The notes: generated by a model from the letters alone, not told the origin. DNA of 52,364 nucleotides from Nemertoderma westbladi (GCA_032718475.1 JAUCBJ010000142.1:1-52364), one strand, 5' to 3'. Positions 1-13,410 are shown, counted from the first letter of the stretch. Program-made: numbers and translations.

Positions 1-41
1 TTGGCAGGTTAAACTGCTAAAGGTCTTCAAAAGCGCGAACA
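1..41 (+). mobile_element. Terminal 41 bp of an LTR related to the BEL/Pao element at 4582-22380, opposite orientation, cut by the window edge
   Basis: Reverse complement is TGTTCGCGCTTTTGAAGACCTTTAGCAGTTTAACCTGCCAA, matching 4582-4620 apart from a 2-nt insertion. It ends in CA and is not followed by the PBS-position motif, so it is a 3' or solo LTR. Confidence 0.85.
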
Positions 42-619
42 GTAGTTTATGATCTTTTTTTAATTATTCACAATAATATTCACAAAGAGTCTATAAGAAG
101 CTTAATTAAAGTAGCATACAACAACATCAAAGTACAAAATCTTCCTATCTGTTGAACTTACCAGTATATGGAAAGCTCAACCTTCAGAATTTAATCATTG
201 TTATATTTATTAGGTATATGTAAAGTTTATCTGGGAGAATTGTTTCGTTAATCGATATTCTCCCTAACACTAATAATTCATTCCTGGTGACATCCACCAT
301 TGGTGTCTGTTGGACACATTTACGTTCGAATCCAAATTTCAAACGTCATATCTTGAATAGTAAGAGTTATTCTCCCCTTTTACGCAATCTTTTGTGTTTT
401 AATGGCTTATATTATATTATAATGTATAGGTTTTCAATATGTGCATTATGGGCGATTTAATGAAATAATCCTAATATATGAGCATTCGAAAGTCATATGA
501 AATCGATTTGCATCTGCGCGAGGGTATTTTATTGATTTGGTTTACTTTTTATGAATGTTTACATGTTTATAGCTGAGTAACTGGTATGAGGCTCATGCCT
601 CTGATGCGGCAGATCACTG

Positions 620-1160
620 CGATAGATAGATAGATAGATTTATTTATACATTATGTAAAAAACAATAACAAATACACCAAACAATGTACCGGTATAAAGG
701 TATTGTCCAACATAACAATATAGGAATACCCCTAAAGCTTTGCAGCTTATTTCCAAGGGGGTCCTTTATGTTACTTGGATACAAATACAATATTACACTA
801 CGCTAACCTAAAACCAATATAAAACGTAATTACACTATGTACATGTACAACTTTACCGAGAGCGTGACAATGCCCGACTCAACGATAAAGATGTAATGTA
901 CAGAACAATTTATTATAAAACGTAATTACAGTATAAATAGCAAATAATTAATAAACTAATAACTTACTGTAGGACAATTGTACCTATTTTTACATTGCGA
1001 GGCTTTACAGCGTTCACAGAGGAAATTTAATTAGCAGCGGCAGAATCAATTCCTGTACAGAAATCCTCGAAACAGAAAAAAGGCCCCACTGACTAACCAC
1101 AGAATTTGGAAATACCGAGAGGACCACACTTATACGGAATGAGAACTGGTTCAAAATGTC
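620..1160 (-). mobile_element. Possible decayed 3' end of a CR1/L2-like LINE with (CTAT)n tail
   Basis: On the minus strand, GGACCCCCTTGGAAATAAGC is followed by AATAAA and (CTAT)4-5 at 620-640. Only weak residual coding similarity upstream. Confidence 0.3.
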
Positions 1161-1612
1161 AAATCAGATCAGTATACGATGGTTCGACAACATTTGTGTC
1201 TACTGTTGACGGTGACACAGAACCATTTGAAGTGTTATGGGGCGTCCTCCAGGGAGACACACTTGCACCATTCTTGTTCATTATTGTGGTTGACTACGTT
1301 CTACGCATGTCCTTAGATCATCATAATGATGATGGGGTGATGATAACTCCACCTACTGGCTCCAGAAGTCGAGGAAATCCTGCCAAGTACCTAACTGATC
1401 TAGACTTTGCTGATGACTTAGGAGTACTCTCAGAATCACTAGAGGGAGCCCAACGGCTCCTCGGCTCATTAGAACAGGCTGCTTCTTGTGTTGGTTTTTT
1501 TGTCAACATCAAGAAGACCAAAATGTTGACAGTTGAATTCGACACTCTTTAGGAAATGTCTGACAATAAAAGCTAAGTTCTAAGGATGGAATCACGTGAC
1601 CTTCGAATGCAT
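1161..1612 (+). pseudogene. RTE-like non-LTR retrotransposon reverse transcriptase fragment
   Basis: GVLQGDTLAPFLF and TDLDFADD motifs. Highly similar to 26337-26850. Stop at 1550 and an internal deletion of the YLGSWI segment. Confidence 0.9.
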
Positions 1613-1651
1613 AATGGAATTATATAGGCTGAATTTAATGGGCTGACTAGA

Positions 1652-2985
1652 TGATCACCTACTTTGGGTGCCTCAATGGATCACCTACTTTGGGTGCCTC
1701 AATGGATCACCTACTTTGGGTGCCTCAATGGATCACCTACTTTGGGTGCCTCAATGGATCACCTACTTTGGGTGCCTCAATGGATCATCTACTTTGGGTG
1801 CCTCAATGGATCACCTACTTTGGGTGCCTCAATGGATCACCTACTTTGGGTGCCTCAATGGATCACCTACTTTGGATGCCTCAAAGGATCACCTACTTTG
1901 GGTGCCTCAATGGATCACCTACTTTGGGTGCCTCAATGGATCACCTACTTTGGGTGCCTCAATGGATCACCTACTTTGGATGCCTCAAAGGATCACCTAC
2001 TTTGGGTGCCTCAATGGATCACCTACTTTGGGTGCCTCAATGGATCACCTACTTTGGGTGCCTCAATGGATCACCTACTTTGGGTGCCTCAATGGATCAC
2101 CTACTTTGGGTGCCTCAATGGATCACCTACTTTGGGTGCCTCAATGGATCACCTACTTTGGGTGCCTCAATGGATCACCTACTTTGGGTGCCTCAATGGA
2201 TCACCTACTTTGGGTGCCTCAATGGATCACCTACTTTGGGTGCCTCAATGGATCACCTACTTTGGGTGCCTCAATGAATCACCTACTTTGGGTGCCTCAA
2301 TGGATCACCTACTTTGGGTGCCTCAATGGATCACCTACATTGGGTGCCTCAATGGATCACCTACTTTGGGTGCCTCAATGGATCACCTACTTTGGGTGCA
2401 TCAATGGATCACCTACTTTAGGTGCCTCAATGGATCACCTACTTTGGGTGCCTCAATGGATCACCTACTTTGGGTCCCTCAATGGATCACCTATTTTGGT
2501 TGCCTCAATGGATCACCTACTTTGGGTGCCTCAATGGATCACCTACTTTGGGTGCCTCAATGGATCACCTACTTTGGGTGCCTCAATGGATCACCTACTT
2601 TGGGTGCCTCAATGGATCACCTACTGTGGGTGCCTCAATGGATCACCTACTTTGGGTGCCTCAATGGATCACCTACTTTGGGTGCCTCAATGGATCACCT
2701 ACTTTGGGTGCCTCAATGGATCACCTACTTTGGGTGCCTCAATGGATCACCTACTTTGGGTGCCTCAATGGATCACCTACTTTGGGTGCCTCAATGGATC
2801 ACCTACTTTGGGTGCCTCAATGGATCACCTACTTTGGGTGCCTCAATGGATCACCTACTTTGGGTGCCTCAATGGATCACCTACTTTGGGTGCCTCAATG
2901 GATCACCTACTTTGGGTGCCTCAATGGATCACCTACTTTGGGTGCCTCAATGAGAATAATCACCTACTTTGGGTGCCTCAATGAT
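1652..2985. repeat. 26-bp minisatellite (GATCACCTACTTTGGGTGCCTCAATG)n, ~51 copies
   Basis: Head-to-tail units with rare point variants. The ORF translations repeat every 26 aa (3 units). Confidence 0.98.
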
Positions 2986-3091
2986 CATAATTTTTTCATT
3001 TGTTTGTGTTTTTTAAAGGGCCTAGTGGCTAAGTACTAAACTTTGCGCGTTAATGTCCTAATTCCATGTTTTTTTGTAGTCTGTGTGATGT

Positions 3092-3602
3092 AACACGAAG
3101 TGGGGACTTCGCGCAGCACGAAGTTGGCAGAGCCTTAGCGAATTGACACTGTTAGGGGGTAGGTCAATTTATGCAAATAGTCACGTTGGCCCTCTAGCGG
3201 CAGACTGGAGAACTGCAGATGGATTCGCCTCCTTTGAAAGTCACAGCTAATGGTCTAATACATATCTGCCAAGTTTCAGCTTAAACGGATTAAAAGCAAA
3301 GAAATGGGAGGGCATTTAATGTTTAGACATGTGGCCCTCTAGCGGGAGACCATTGCACTGATGGTGTCTGAAAGTCTCTCAAAAATCTCAACTTTTGCTC
3401 ATATTGATACCTACAAATTTTCAACTTGGCAGCTTTAAATCCGACAAAGTTATTAGCATGTCAAAATCGTAACGACGACGACGACGACAACGACGACGAC
3501 GACGACGACGACAACGACGACGACAACTATTTGCATAAATTGACCCACCCCCTAACAGTGTCAATTCGCTAAGGCTCCGCCAACTTCGTGGCTCGCCCCA
3601 CA
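3092..3602 (-). mobile_element. Non-autonomous DINE/HINE (Helentron)-like or MITE-like element, copy A
   Basis: Ends ACACGAAGTGGGGACTTCGCGCAGCACG (hairpin CGAAGT-GGGG-ACTTCG) and CGTGGCTCGCCCCACA. ~65-bp inverted repeats at 3116-3181 and 3525-3590, and an (ACG)n microsatellite at 3472-3525. The same ends recur at 28.7, 47.0 and 50.3 kb. Family and strand are inferred. Confidence 0.7.
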
Positions 3603-4581
3603 ATCTAATGTTAACCTCTTTTTAGTTTAATATATTAAGAATTAATTCACAAGATTTTCAGATAATAATGGGTGACAGGGAGATGTTGTTGGTAAGCCAG
3701 TACAGTATTCTTAATGCACCTGAAATGCAGCATATAGAATGCAGCATGCTGAATATATATAGATTGAAATATTGTTTCCCCATTATTTCATTTTTCAAAA
3801 GTAAAAAAATATATTATGATTTTAAAGAAATATTTACCAGAATTTTAATTTAAATAGGAATTTTATTTACTTAAATTGCCCGCGGAAATGAGGCAAGTCA
3901 AAATATTGCTGTTTAGTAAAACTGATATAAAATGACGATTCCATTATAGTATGCTCCTTCCTGTAAGATAAATAAATCCTTAAGCACATCACATCCACTG
4001 CATGCACTGCCTAAGTGGTTGACAGGAAATCAATTAGGTGCTGTACATATAAAACTCGACCATTCACTCACTCACTCACTCACCACTCACTCCATGCATG
4101 ATTATTATGATGTCAGTTTAATTAATAGGCAATACATTAATTTGATTGGGACAAACCAAACGCAAAAATAAATCTGTGATAAATCTTAATTGAATGATTT
4201 CTGATAAATACGATAAATAGTGAAGGAATAATTTGTTTTATTCAAATTCATGATGATTTACATGGTCAATTATATTTCATTTTAAGATGATACTGAAGGT
4301 AGTGTATAAATCCATCTTTCACTCAGATGAATTATCTAGCTATGATGTCAATATTAAGATTATAAAAAAACATATGAAATTAGAAATGCACGGAGCTAGT
4401 ATTGCTAGCGATGCTTAATATGTTTATTTTGGAACTGCAAAAGCGGTGGTTTCTAGGGCGTCACAAGGTCTAGATCGATTAGTCAATTTCACAACATTGA
4501 TCACTGCAAATTAATAAAGATCAATATGACTGTAAACCGAGGGTCGAGATCGTTAACATGATTATTTAAATTGAACTCCCC

Positions 4582-5811
4582 TGTTCGCGCTTTTAGACCT
4601 TTAGCAGTTTAACCTGCCAAATTTGGATGTCTTCTAGATAATAAATCGACTTTAGCCTATGACGAGTATTTGATACACTACATTAGCCGAAGCCAGTCTA
4701 TGCGCGACCATTCACCCGCTGGATATACCCGGGAGACTGGATTCGGAAGCCTAATCTTATTGCGGTGTAGGCCTACTGTATTATTCGACTGATCGTAATA
4801 TATAATCTCTGACAAATATTATTCACTTTCGGGAAATATTAACAGTTCCTTTAGGACGTGGCGCTCTAAATATGTAAACAGAGTTATGACTTAAACTAGA
4901 CACAACGGGATGGCTATAGATTCACGTATATGGCGCATTCTTTAGGAGATGCTTTGTTATCAGTCACAATCATACACAATACTGCACAATGCTGCACACC
5001 GATCTGCCGACCTTCACTAATTTTAGTCACATATAAAGAGAACAACAACCAATACATGTAGTGCCTATGAAATATCATTAGATTCACTTCAAAACCACTT
5101 TAATGTAAGTCGCAATCGTTATATGTAACCGGTCTCTCTTACCTTCAGTATATCAAGAAGATTGAGGGTTTTGTAATTATTTATCGATATTCCAAATATA
5201 ATAATATTCCATCAACTGATATAATGAATAACCGACAGTAAATAGCAGTAAAAATGCGGTGTTTGTAGTTGACAATATGATTAGGTGAGTGAGATAACAG
5301 ATATACGTTTCTATGATTAAGCCTACTAATGTTGGGCTAAAGCTTTAAAATACAGTAATTCCAAAGCCGGTCTTCTAGGCTCGGAAAAAACCAACACAAC
5401 TGATCCCTCTGGGCTGTTGTAGGTATCTTTCAACACAAAGAGAAACAGCTCTCATTGGCCGAGTTCCAGATTCTGTAGGTTCCACGAATGTCTAAATGCC
5501 GAACTATTCGGGTTTTTGCAGCCCATATTCAACACAAGGCGAAATCGCTCTGATTGGTGGATCATTGTTCTGATTGGTTGATCGAACAGAACAAAGAGAC
5601 TATAGGCGTACAGCAAATCGGTTGGTAGATTGCGTCATTTGAGTTAGGTAGTTTAGAGTATTTGAGCGCATTGTGGGAAAACTGGCTTTTTATGTCCGCT
5701 AAAGCACACATGCAGACACAGCGGATAAATCGCTAGTTATGTCCTCTAAAAACACCTTACACAGTACATTGCGGAGAAAAGGGCCAGTTATATCCCGCAA
5801 AAGCTTTTACA
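4582..5811 (-). repeat. 3' LTR (1230 bp)
   Basis: Direct repeat of 21161-22380. By eye, about 3 substitutions and one 10-bp indel (CATACACAAT). Confidence 0.97.
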
Positions 5812-5819
5812 CCGCTCCC
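5812..5819 (-). promoter_or_regulatory. Short polypurine tract GGGAGCGG
   Basis: G-rich tract directly abutting the TG of the 3' LTR on the element strand. Confidence 0.7.
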
Positions 5820-5889
5820 AGAAAATGGGATTTAATTCTATAAAATATAAAAAATCACAGTTTCTAAAATATAAAAATACTCTAAACAG

Positions 5890-7249
5890 CTAGTCTTTCT
5901 TGCGCGGACGGCGTTTACGCAGTTCTTTGAGGCTAGCAAGAGTCCTTTTCTCTTTGGGACGAGGCACTTTACTAGGAGGGCTGTAACTCCTGGGTGAAGG
6001 GTGCAATACAATTGCATCAGAAGGTTTAGGGTTACGGTCGATGTCTCGTCCATTTCGATATGCTTCTCCTCGAGCTGATTTTCCTCCGCTTATCGTTGGA
6101 TGCGTTCGTCCAAAACTCTTGCAGAGAATAGGGTCGTCCAAGTTCGATATCTTCTTAGAGATTCTGAATTTCCTGATCGAACTGAGATAAAATTAATTCG
6201 TTTACCGCTTGGACTTGCTGCTGCAATTTACGTTTCTCTAAACAATTGTAGGTTCATTTTCCGATCTTTTGACGAATAGTGTCCAACGCGTTTCGTACAA
6301 CTCTTTCCTCCGCCTCGGTGACAGGTTGTATCAGGTTAAACAGGGACAATGATACGGTTGAATGGCGATATTAGCTGTCCGCGTCCCAATCCGACTAAGT
6401 AAGATGGGTGAATATTTAGGGAGTCCACAACCGGAGCGCCACCGACTAACTGTTCGGGTAACACTAGATCTTTGAACAGTGAGTACAGTTCGGGAGGATC
6501 CGTGATACTATTAGGATCAAGAGTCTGAGGTCTAACTAGGGAATGAGGAGGTCTGACCGAGTATTCCGGAACTCTGATCATAGGTTTATTTAAGGATCGT
6601 TTGAATCGAGCGAGCGTAGGTGATACATCGAACAAGTTTCGCTCGAAACTCCCGTAAATATAGCGAGTAAAACCGTGTTTAAAGCAACGTCTCCGCGGAT
6701 GTTTATGTCTTTCCGTTTGTTGGTTGGGTCTTGGGCATTCATCGCAATAATACCAAAGACGCACGTATTGTAGGGGAAACGCGGGTGATGTTTATTCGGT
6801 GTTACAACGTTTCTCTCAAGAATTCCAAATATACATTAGAGTTACTGCGTTTATCCGGTTCTTTAACGTCTTCTCTTTCGAGTCGATTTCGAATAGAATT
6901 TTCACATTCGATTTTCAGTTTATCGTTCCGACTCCGCTGGGTAGGATACTCAAAACAGTACCATTTCCCTTTCGGTGTCGACATCGTCCGTATCGTGTAA
7001 ATCGATAGAATGACTAGTAGTTAAGAAGTCCATATACATACCATTACGATGCGTATAGCGAGCGGTGAATTTTCTATAGTCCAATTCACGCATAAGTTGC
7101 TCCTGGGACATTGGCGGTTCGATATAACGACCATCGTCCTCCGTAGTAGTTGGACCAGCGTCGCCGCGTATCAAGCTATCAACAAACGCTTGTAAAGGTA
7201 GAGTATATCGCTCCCTGATACCAAGATCATCTTCTATCAACTCAGTCAT
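5890..7249 (-). pseudogene. Fragmented accessory ORF region of the LTR element, product unknown
   Basis: Chain of same-strand ORF pieces (6950-7249, 6802-6984, 6336-6764, 5890-6141) with protein-like gaps between them, more GC-rich than the adjacent LTR, ending ~70 bp before the PPT. No domain recognised. Confidence 0.45.
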
Positions 7250-7675
7250 ATCTGCTATATGAGTTTATCAATATTATAATGAGTTTATATTTAGGCTAGC
7301 GGGCGTCGCTGCCTACCCCTCTCGGCCCCCGGACAGCGCAAGATCCTCAGCGCTGGTGTACTTTCGCCGATGTGCCTATCGCCAACGTCGTAGCTGCACA
7401 ACGACCACAACAACCAGCGCGAGTCACTCCACCGTCCGTCCCAAAGGCTTAGATTTACTTCAGGTTCTTACTGGAGAGTTAGGGCTACTTTCACAATTGC
7501 GACTCGCTACTGTAAACACACTTTAGTAGTAACATTCACCTATAAACGTACAAATTCCACATAACTGTCACAAATCGCACACATTCGGGCCATTTGTCCG
7601 TTAGTCAGTGCCTTCCAGAATGCCACGTTATTATTGGGTATCCTGGGATACTAGCAGTGTGCTATTTATTCCTTA

Positions 7676-10600
7676 TAGTCTACCTGCCAACTCCCGAAAA
7701 TTAAGTTTAGATGGCATTTTTTGTTAATGGTTGGCATCCACATGATTTTTGTACTTCAAGACATGGCGAATCCAGCTAGGCCGGATGCCACCTCTGCATT
7801 TTTGATTTAATGCCTTTTTTTGGGCTTCAAAGTTTTTTGCTCAAAAATGTTTTTTTCAAGTTTAGGATACAAGTTCATGGTGAATGCTAGTGAATCTCGT
7901 TTCATTACCAGTGTATAAATCTAAAGTTAATAAAAATGCATCAATCTTGTCCTGAAACTGTTATAAACACTTTGGTAAAGAAGAAAATTTCCGAAATTTC
8001 CGAAATTCCCTTGCAGTCCGCCAACCCGGCCCTAGTAACCGCCTTAGCAACAGATTTATGAAATTTAAATTGTCAATTTCTTTGTCTCACCTTTCCTTTT
8101 CCTGAGAAAATCAACAAACAGTTTTAAAAATCAAAAAACCCATCACACAACTTAATAACATCTTGGGAACACATCAAGGGCAATATAAAATCAAATAGCG
8201 TCTAATGTCGCAGACACAGGCCCATTATTTAGACCAGAGTAATTTACACAAGTATCAAAATATTAAGTTTAAGTGGAGAATTCGTGTACCTTTACTCAAC
8301 TATTTGCTTCCATATTTGTAATTATTTGAAAATATCACTACAGCTAAGAAGCATGGTGATACTTCCCGTCATATTGTACACATTCGGGTGACATTTACAG
8401 TCCACGTTACCATAGCAACAGACCAAATAAGACAATTTAACAAGAATTTAATTTACAGTATAACTATAATGCAGTATTCCCTAGGCCTACCTTACCAGAG
8501 TTTTGAGAGATTAAATGTAACACACGTCGCATAGCTAAAACCTTCGACTGTTAGTCAACATCATATCGTGACTTGGGGGGGTATTGTTTAATACAAATAT
8601 GAATTTTAAAGATCTCAGGCGTTTATCGAGACATATAGTTAATAATTAACTCACTCTAAATTCTGCTAAGATATTAGTTTTGGAACAGTCGGGTGCATCA
8701 CACTATGCACCGTCGAGACAGGGGAGGGGGGGGGGGGGGGGGCAATCCCATTTCGGCGAATTAATATTTTGTATCAATGTTAAATTATCAATTTAAGGAA
8801 AGGAGCAGTTTACAGTGGCACGTTATTCGGCACAAAACAATAAACGAATATCAACAGAACAGATAGAAGTTTAATTTTTGAGAGTAATCAGGTGTTATTT
8901 GCGTCGATTTTCACCCTGGAGAGGGATCAATTTTGATTGCGTCGAAACTATCACTTTCATTTGCCTATTATTATTATGAATTGATGGAAATGGATGGTGA
9001 CGAACATATTGCCACTCTTAAAGGTAAACTTCCCGAATGTGATTTGTGAAGAGACTTGCATAGTATGTGGAACAAGAAGAAGTGTGCAGAAAGATGAAGT
9101 GGAAAATTTCTACCACAATCTACATGCATCTACTGATGGAGTGGATCAGCATGCATTCTTAATTTGCCTGGGTGACTTTAATGCAAGTCTACATCACTCA
9201 TCTACATCTCATACTGGACCAAGTGGTCACACGTCCCAGATATACCATATTCTGTTTCGTGGGAAATACAGGAGCTCTATTCTGTACAAGACTGAAGTAT
9301 ATTTGCACTTCGACCCTTATCCAGCTATTACCTAGTATTGTGGCCTAGGTAAGACTTAGTCTCCACGCAGAATGATTCCCGCCGACTAGGGCACACGAAG
9401 ACAGACAATGCTAAAGGAGCTTATCAATAAGTAGGGCCGAGGTTGATGCCATTAACGCTGATGATAGAAGGCAATCAGCTCAGGCATAGCAATCAGTAAA
9501 CCTGCTCACTGGGAGGAAAAGCCAACCAACCACCAAGGTTAATGCTGAATTGAATGAACTCCTCAATAATGGTTGAAAGGCCTACTTGAGAAGCAGCTTC
9601 CAAACATAACAGGGTATTGCCTGATAACTTTGAGGTACATCGTGTATCTGATTCTGTGCTCACAGATATCCACATCTCATTTGCTGAAATTAAGATTGCA
9701 GTAAGGGGCTTGAAGACCAATCGTGCCATTGGAGTAGATGGCGTGTCCCTGAGGTCTTTAAAATTGCTGTGTGCTTAGAGCTCATTCACCCCATTATTCT
9801 GAGTATGTATAGGACAAAGATAGTCCCTCAAGAAATGAAAATATATAAGTTGGTCCATGCACCAAAAAAGGGCAACCTAACAACCTAGAAAGCTTTTCGT
9901 GGAAACTCGTTAATCTAGATTGCTGCAAAGCAATACAACAGAATTCTATTAAATCGCATCAGGAATCCTGTGAGAACCAAAATGGGTTCCATAAAGGTCG
10001 TGGGACATGAAGTCTATTCTGGCACTTAGAAGGATAATCAAAGAGTTATCAACAAAGAAAGACATACATCTGGCTATTATCTTTGTTGACTTCTTTAAGG
10101 CCTTCGACTCAGTCTCCCGACCACGGATGTTTAGCATACTTGTAGCACATTGGTTTCCTGAGCAAATTATTGCAGCTTTCCGATCACTGTTTGATGGTTC
10201 CACCACATTTGCGTCTACTGCTGATGGTGACACAGATCCATTCGAACTCTTATGCGGAATCCGTCAGGGTTACACACTTGCACCATTCTAATTCTTAATT
10301 GTGGTTGATTGTGTTCTACGCATGTCCTTAGATCATAAAAATTAAAATTATTAAAATGGGATGATGATACCCCCTACTGGCACAATAAGTGGAGGAAATC
10401 CAGCAAAGTACCTAACTGATATAGACTTTACTGATGATATAGGGATACTGTCAGAATCACTAGAGGTAGCCCAAAGACTTCTCTGCTCATTGGACGAGGT
10501 TGCTTCTAGTGTTTGTCTTTTTGTAAATTCCAAGAAGACAAAAATTAAGACAGTGAAACTTGACAGCCCTCAAGAAATGTCTGATCGTAAGGGAATAAGC

Positions 10601-12749
10601 TCCAGGAATGGCTTGCTTGAGCACGTGGATGACTTCTGCTACTTGGGATCATGGATCAGAAACTCAGGTGAGGACCTTCGGATATGTAGGGGGGAGGCAT
10701 GGGCTGCATTGAATAGACTATCCAGGATTTGTAAGTCCCTCATAATAAAACGGTACCTCAAGGTTCGATTATTTCTGGCAGCAGTAGTTCCATGGGAGTT
10801 CACGCTGGGCTCTAACTGCAGAGGATACCAAATCTCTGGATGGCACATTCACAAGAATGCTGCGCCGGGTTCATTGTGTTATATACAACGAACACATCTC
10901 CAACCAGACTCTATACAACATTGGAGCTGTTTCATGAGTCTCCTCTAGCTTGCCACTTGAACGGAACCGCCTCAGCCTTGCAGGACATTCATTGCTTTCA
11001 CTGTGAGGAACAGCCAGTGCATTATCTTGTACTTTGGATGCCTCATGAAGTGAATAAGCATGGTGGACAACCCATGAGTTTCTTGAGACGCATCTTAAAG
11101 GACACTGGCCTTGAAGATGCGGATGATATAGCAATTGTCATGGGTGCCAGAGAGTTGTGGCAACGCAATTTTGTCGACAAGCCTGCACAGCATTCTAAAT
11201 ATATATGTAATATATATAATGCAGCTGCAATGTAGCATGCCAATAGTAATAGTAGTAAAAGTAGTAGTAGTGCTGACACATTTAATTTTAACTTGCCGTC
11301 AACTGAAGCAATTCTTAATGGCTCATCTTTCTTTGCTCCATATACTATGCATGTCTCTTCACAAACCACATTCGGGCAAGTTTTCCTTTTAATAGTAGGA
11401 ATAAGTTCGTCACCATCCATTTCCATCAAGTCATAATAATAATAATAATAGGCAGATGCAAGTGATAGTTTCGACGCAATCAAAATTGATCCCTCTCCAG
11501 GGTAAAAATCGACGCAAATAACACCTGATTACTCTCAAAAATTAAACTTCAATCTGTTCTATTGAGATTCGTTTATTGTTTTGGTTGGAATAACGTGCCA
11601 TTTTAAACTGGTCCTTTCCCTAAATTGATAATTTAACATTGAGAAAAAATAATTGAAATAAAAACAAAATAAAAACCGAAATGGGATTTGTGCCCCCTCC
11701 CCCGCTCAACCCCTGTCTCGACGGTGCATAGTGTTATGTACCTGCCTGTTGCAAAACTAATATCTTAGCAGAATTTAGAGTGAGTTAACTATTAACTGTA
11801 GGTCTCGATAAACGCCTGAGATCTTTAAAATTCATATTTGTATTAAACAATATCCCCCCAAGTCACGATATGATGTTGACTAACAGTCGAAGGTTATAGC
11901 TATGCGACGTGTGTGACATTTAATCACTCAAACTCTGGTAAGGTAGGCCTAGGGAATACTGCATTATAGTTATACTGTAAATTAAATTCTTGTTAAATTG
12001 TCTTATTTGGTCTGTTGCTATGGTAACGGGGTCTGTAAATGTCACCTAAATGGGCACAATATGACGGGAAGTATCACCATGCTACTGAGCTGTAGTGATA
12101 ATTTAAAAAAATTACAAATATGGAAGCAAATAGTTGAGTCTATGTACACGAATTCTCCACTTAAACTCAATATTTTGATACTTGTGAAAATTACTATGGT
12201 CCAAAAAATGGGCCTGTGTCTGTGACATTGGACGCTATTTGATTTTATATTGCCCTTGATGTGTTCCCAAGATGTCATATAAGTTGTGTGATGGGTTTTT
12301 TGATTTTAAAACTGTTTGTTGATTTTCTCAGGAAAAGGAAAGGTGAGACAAAGAAATTGACAATTTAAATTTCATAAATCTGTTGCTAAGGCGGTTACTA
12401 GGGCCGGGTTGGCGGACTGCAAGGGAATTTCGGAAATTTTCTTCTTTACCAAAGTGTTTATAACAGTTTCAGGACAACATTGATGCATTTTGATTAACTT
12501 TCAATTTATACACTGGTTATGAGACGAGATTCACTAGCATTCACCATGAACTTGTATCCTAAAATTGAAAAAAATCATTTTTGAGCAAAAAACTTTGAAG
12601 CCCAAAAAAAGGCATTAAATTAAAAATGCAGAGGTGGCATCCGGCCTAGCTGGATTCGCCATGTCTTGAAGTACAAAAATCAGGTGGATGCCAACCATTA
12701 ACAAAAAATGCCATCTAAACTTAATTTTCGGGAGTTGGCAGGTAGACTA
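7676..12749. mobile_element. Foldback-type non-autonomous DNA transposon with ~1.4-kb TIRs (Academ-like termini), nested in the LTR element
   Basis: 7676-~9076 is the reverse complement of ~11333-12749. Termini are TAGTCTACCTGCC..GGCAGGTAGACTA, with a 3-bp TSD TTA (7673-7675 / 12750-12752). No transposase. Superfamily is inferred from the termini and TSD. Confidence 0.88.
9085..11271 (+). pseudogene. Decayed RTE-like LINE (endonuclease remnant, RT, 3' end) filling the foldback loop
   Basis: GDFNA endonuclease motif, FVDFFKAFDSV, QGYTLAPF, TDIDFTDD and YLGSWI, many stops and frameshifts, (TAG)n-like tail. Homologous to 26268-27398. Confidence 0.9.
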
Positions 12750-13145
12750 TTATGCTATTCAATGGGCAAGCTTTATTGTTCTTTTAACTCACTTCTAATT
12801 CTAGCGTGGTTGTTGCCATGGTGACATTATGGAAAGCTAGCGGTAGAATTAGGGTAATTCTCATGCATACAGATCTGGGATGCTATTTAATAGAAATTCT
12901 TTAAAATGTCAATATCCTCTCTTTATACATGATTTTATGAATTTTATCGGCTATTGACTATATATTGGAGATTCTCGCACACGAATACACTTAATAGGGT
13001 GAATCTCCGCTCCCATGATCTATTAATTAAGGGAATTTTGGGAATGTTATAAATTGTATAAAAATGACAATTTATCAAATTCATTAAAAGATGAATTTAA
13101 ATTTATTCCCGTAAATTTTATTATTTAATATTAAATGGACACAAT

Positions 13146-13410
13146 TTTATTCCAGAACATATCTGGGGACTGGGATCCTTGATTCTAGGAAATTTGTCTT
13201 TTTAAGAGTATCGGTAAGTGCTACGATATCTTAATTGACTAGAATTTTAAAGGATCTAAATTTTGACTGATTTTATAAATATTAATAGTTAATATTTAGG
13301 ATGGGCACCGGTTTATTCCAGAACTTGTCTGGGGACGTTAACCACTGATTCTAGAATTTTGTCTTTCAAGTATATCGGTGGGTGCCGCGATATCTTAATC
13401 GACTAGAATT
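13146..13410. repeat. Diverged ~100-bp direct repeat (offset ~165 bp) in the LTR element 3' internal region
   Basis: TTTATTCCAGAAC..TCTGGGGAC..GATATCTTAAT.GACTAGAATT at ~13146 and ~13311. Confidence 0.7.

Noticed and set aside
1651-3039. 200-440 aa repetitive ORFs
   Set aside because: Artefacts of the 26-bp array, whose unit is not a multiple of 3 and is open in all plus frames.
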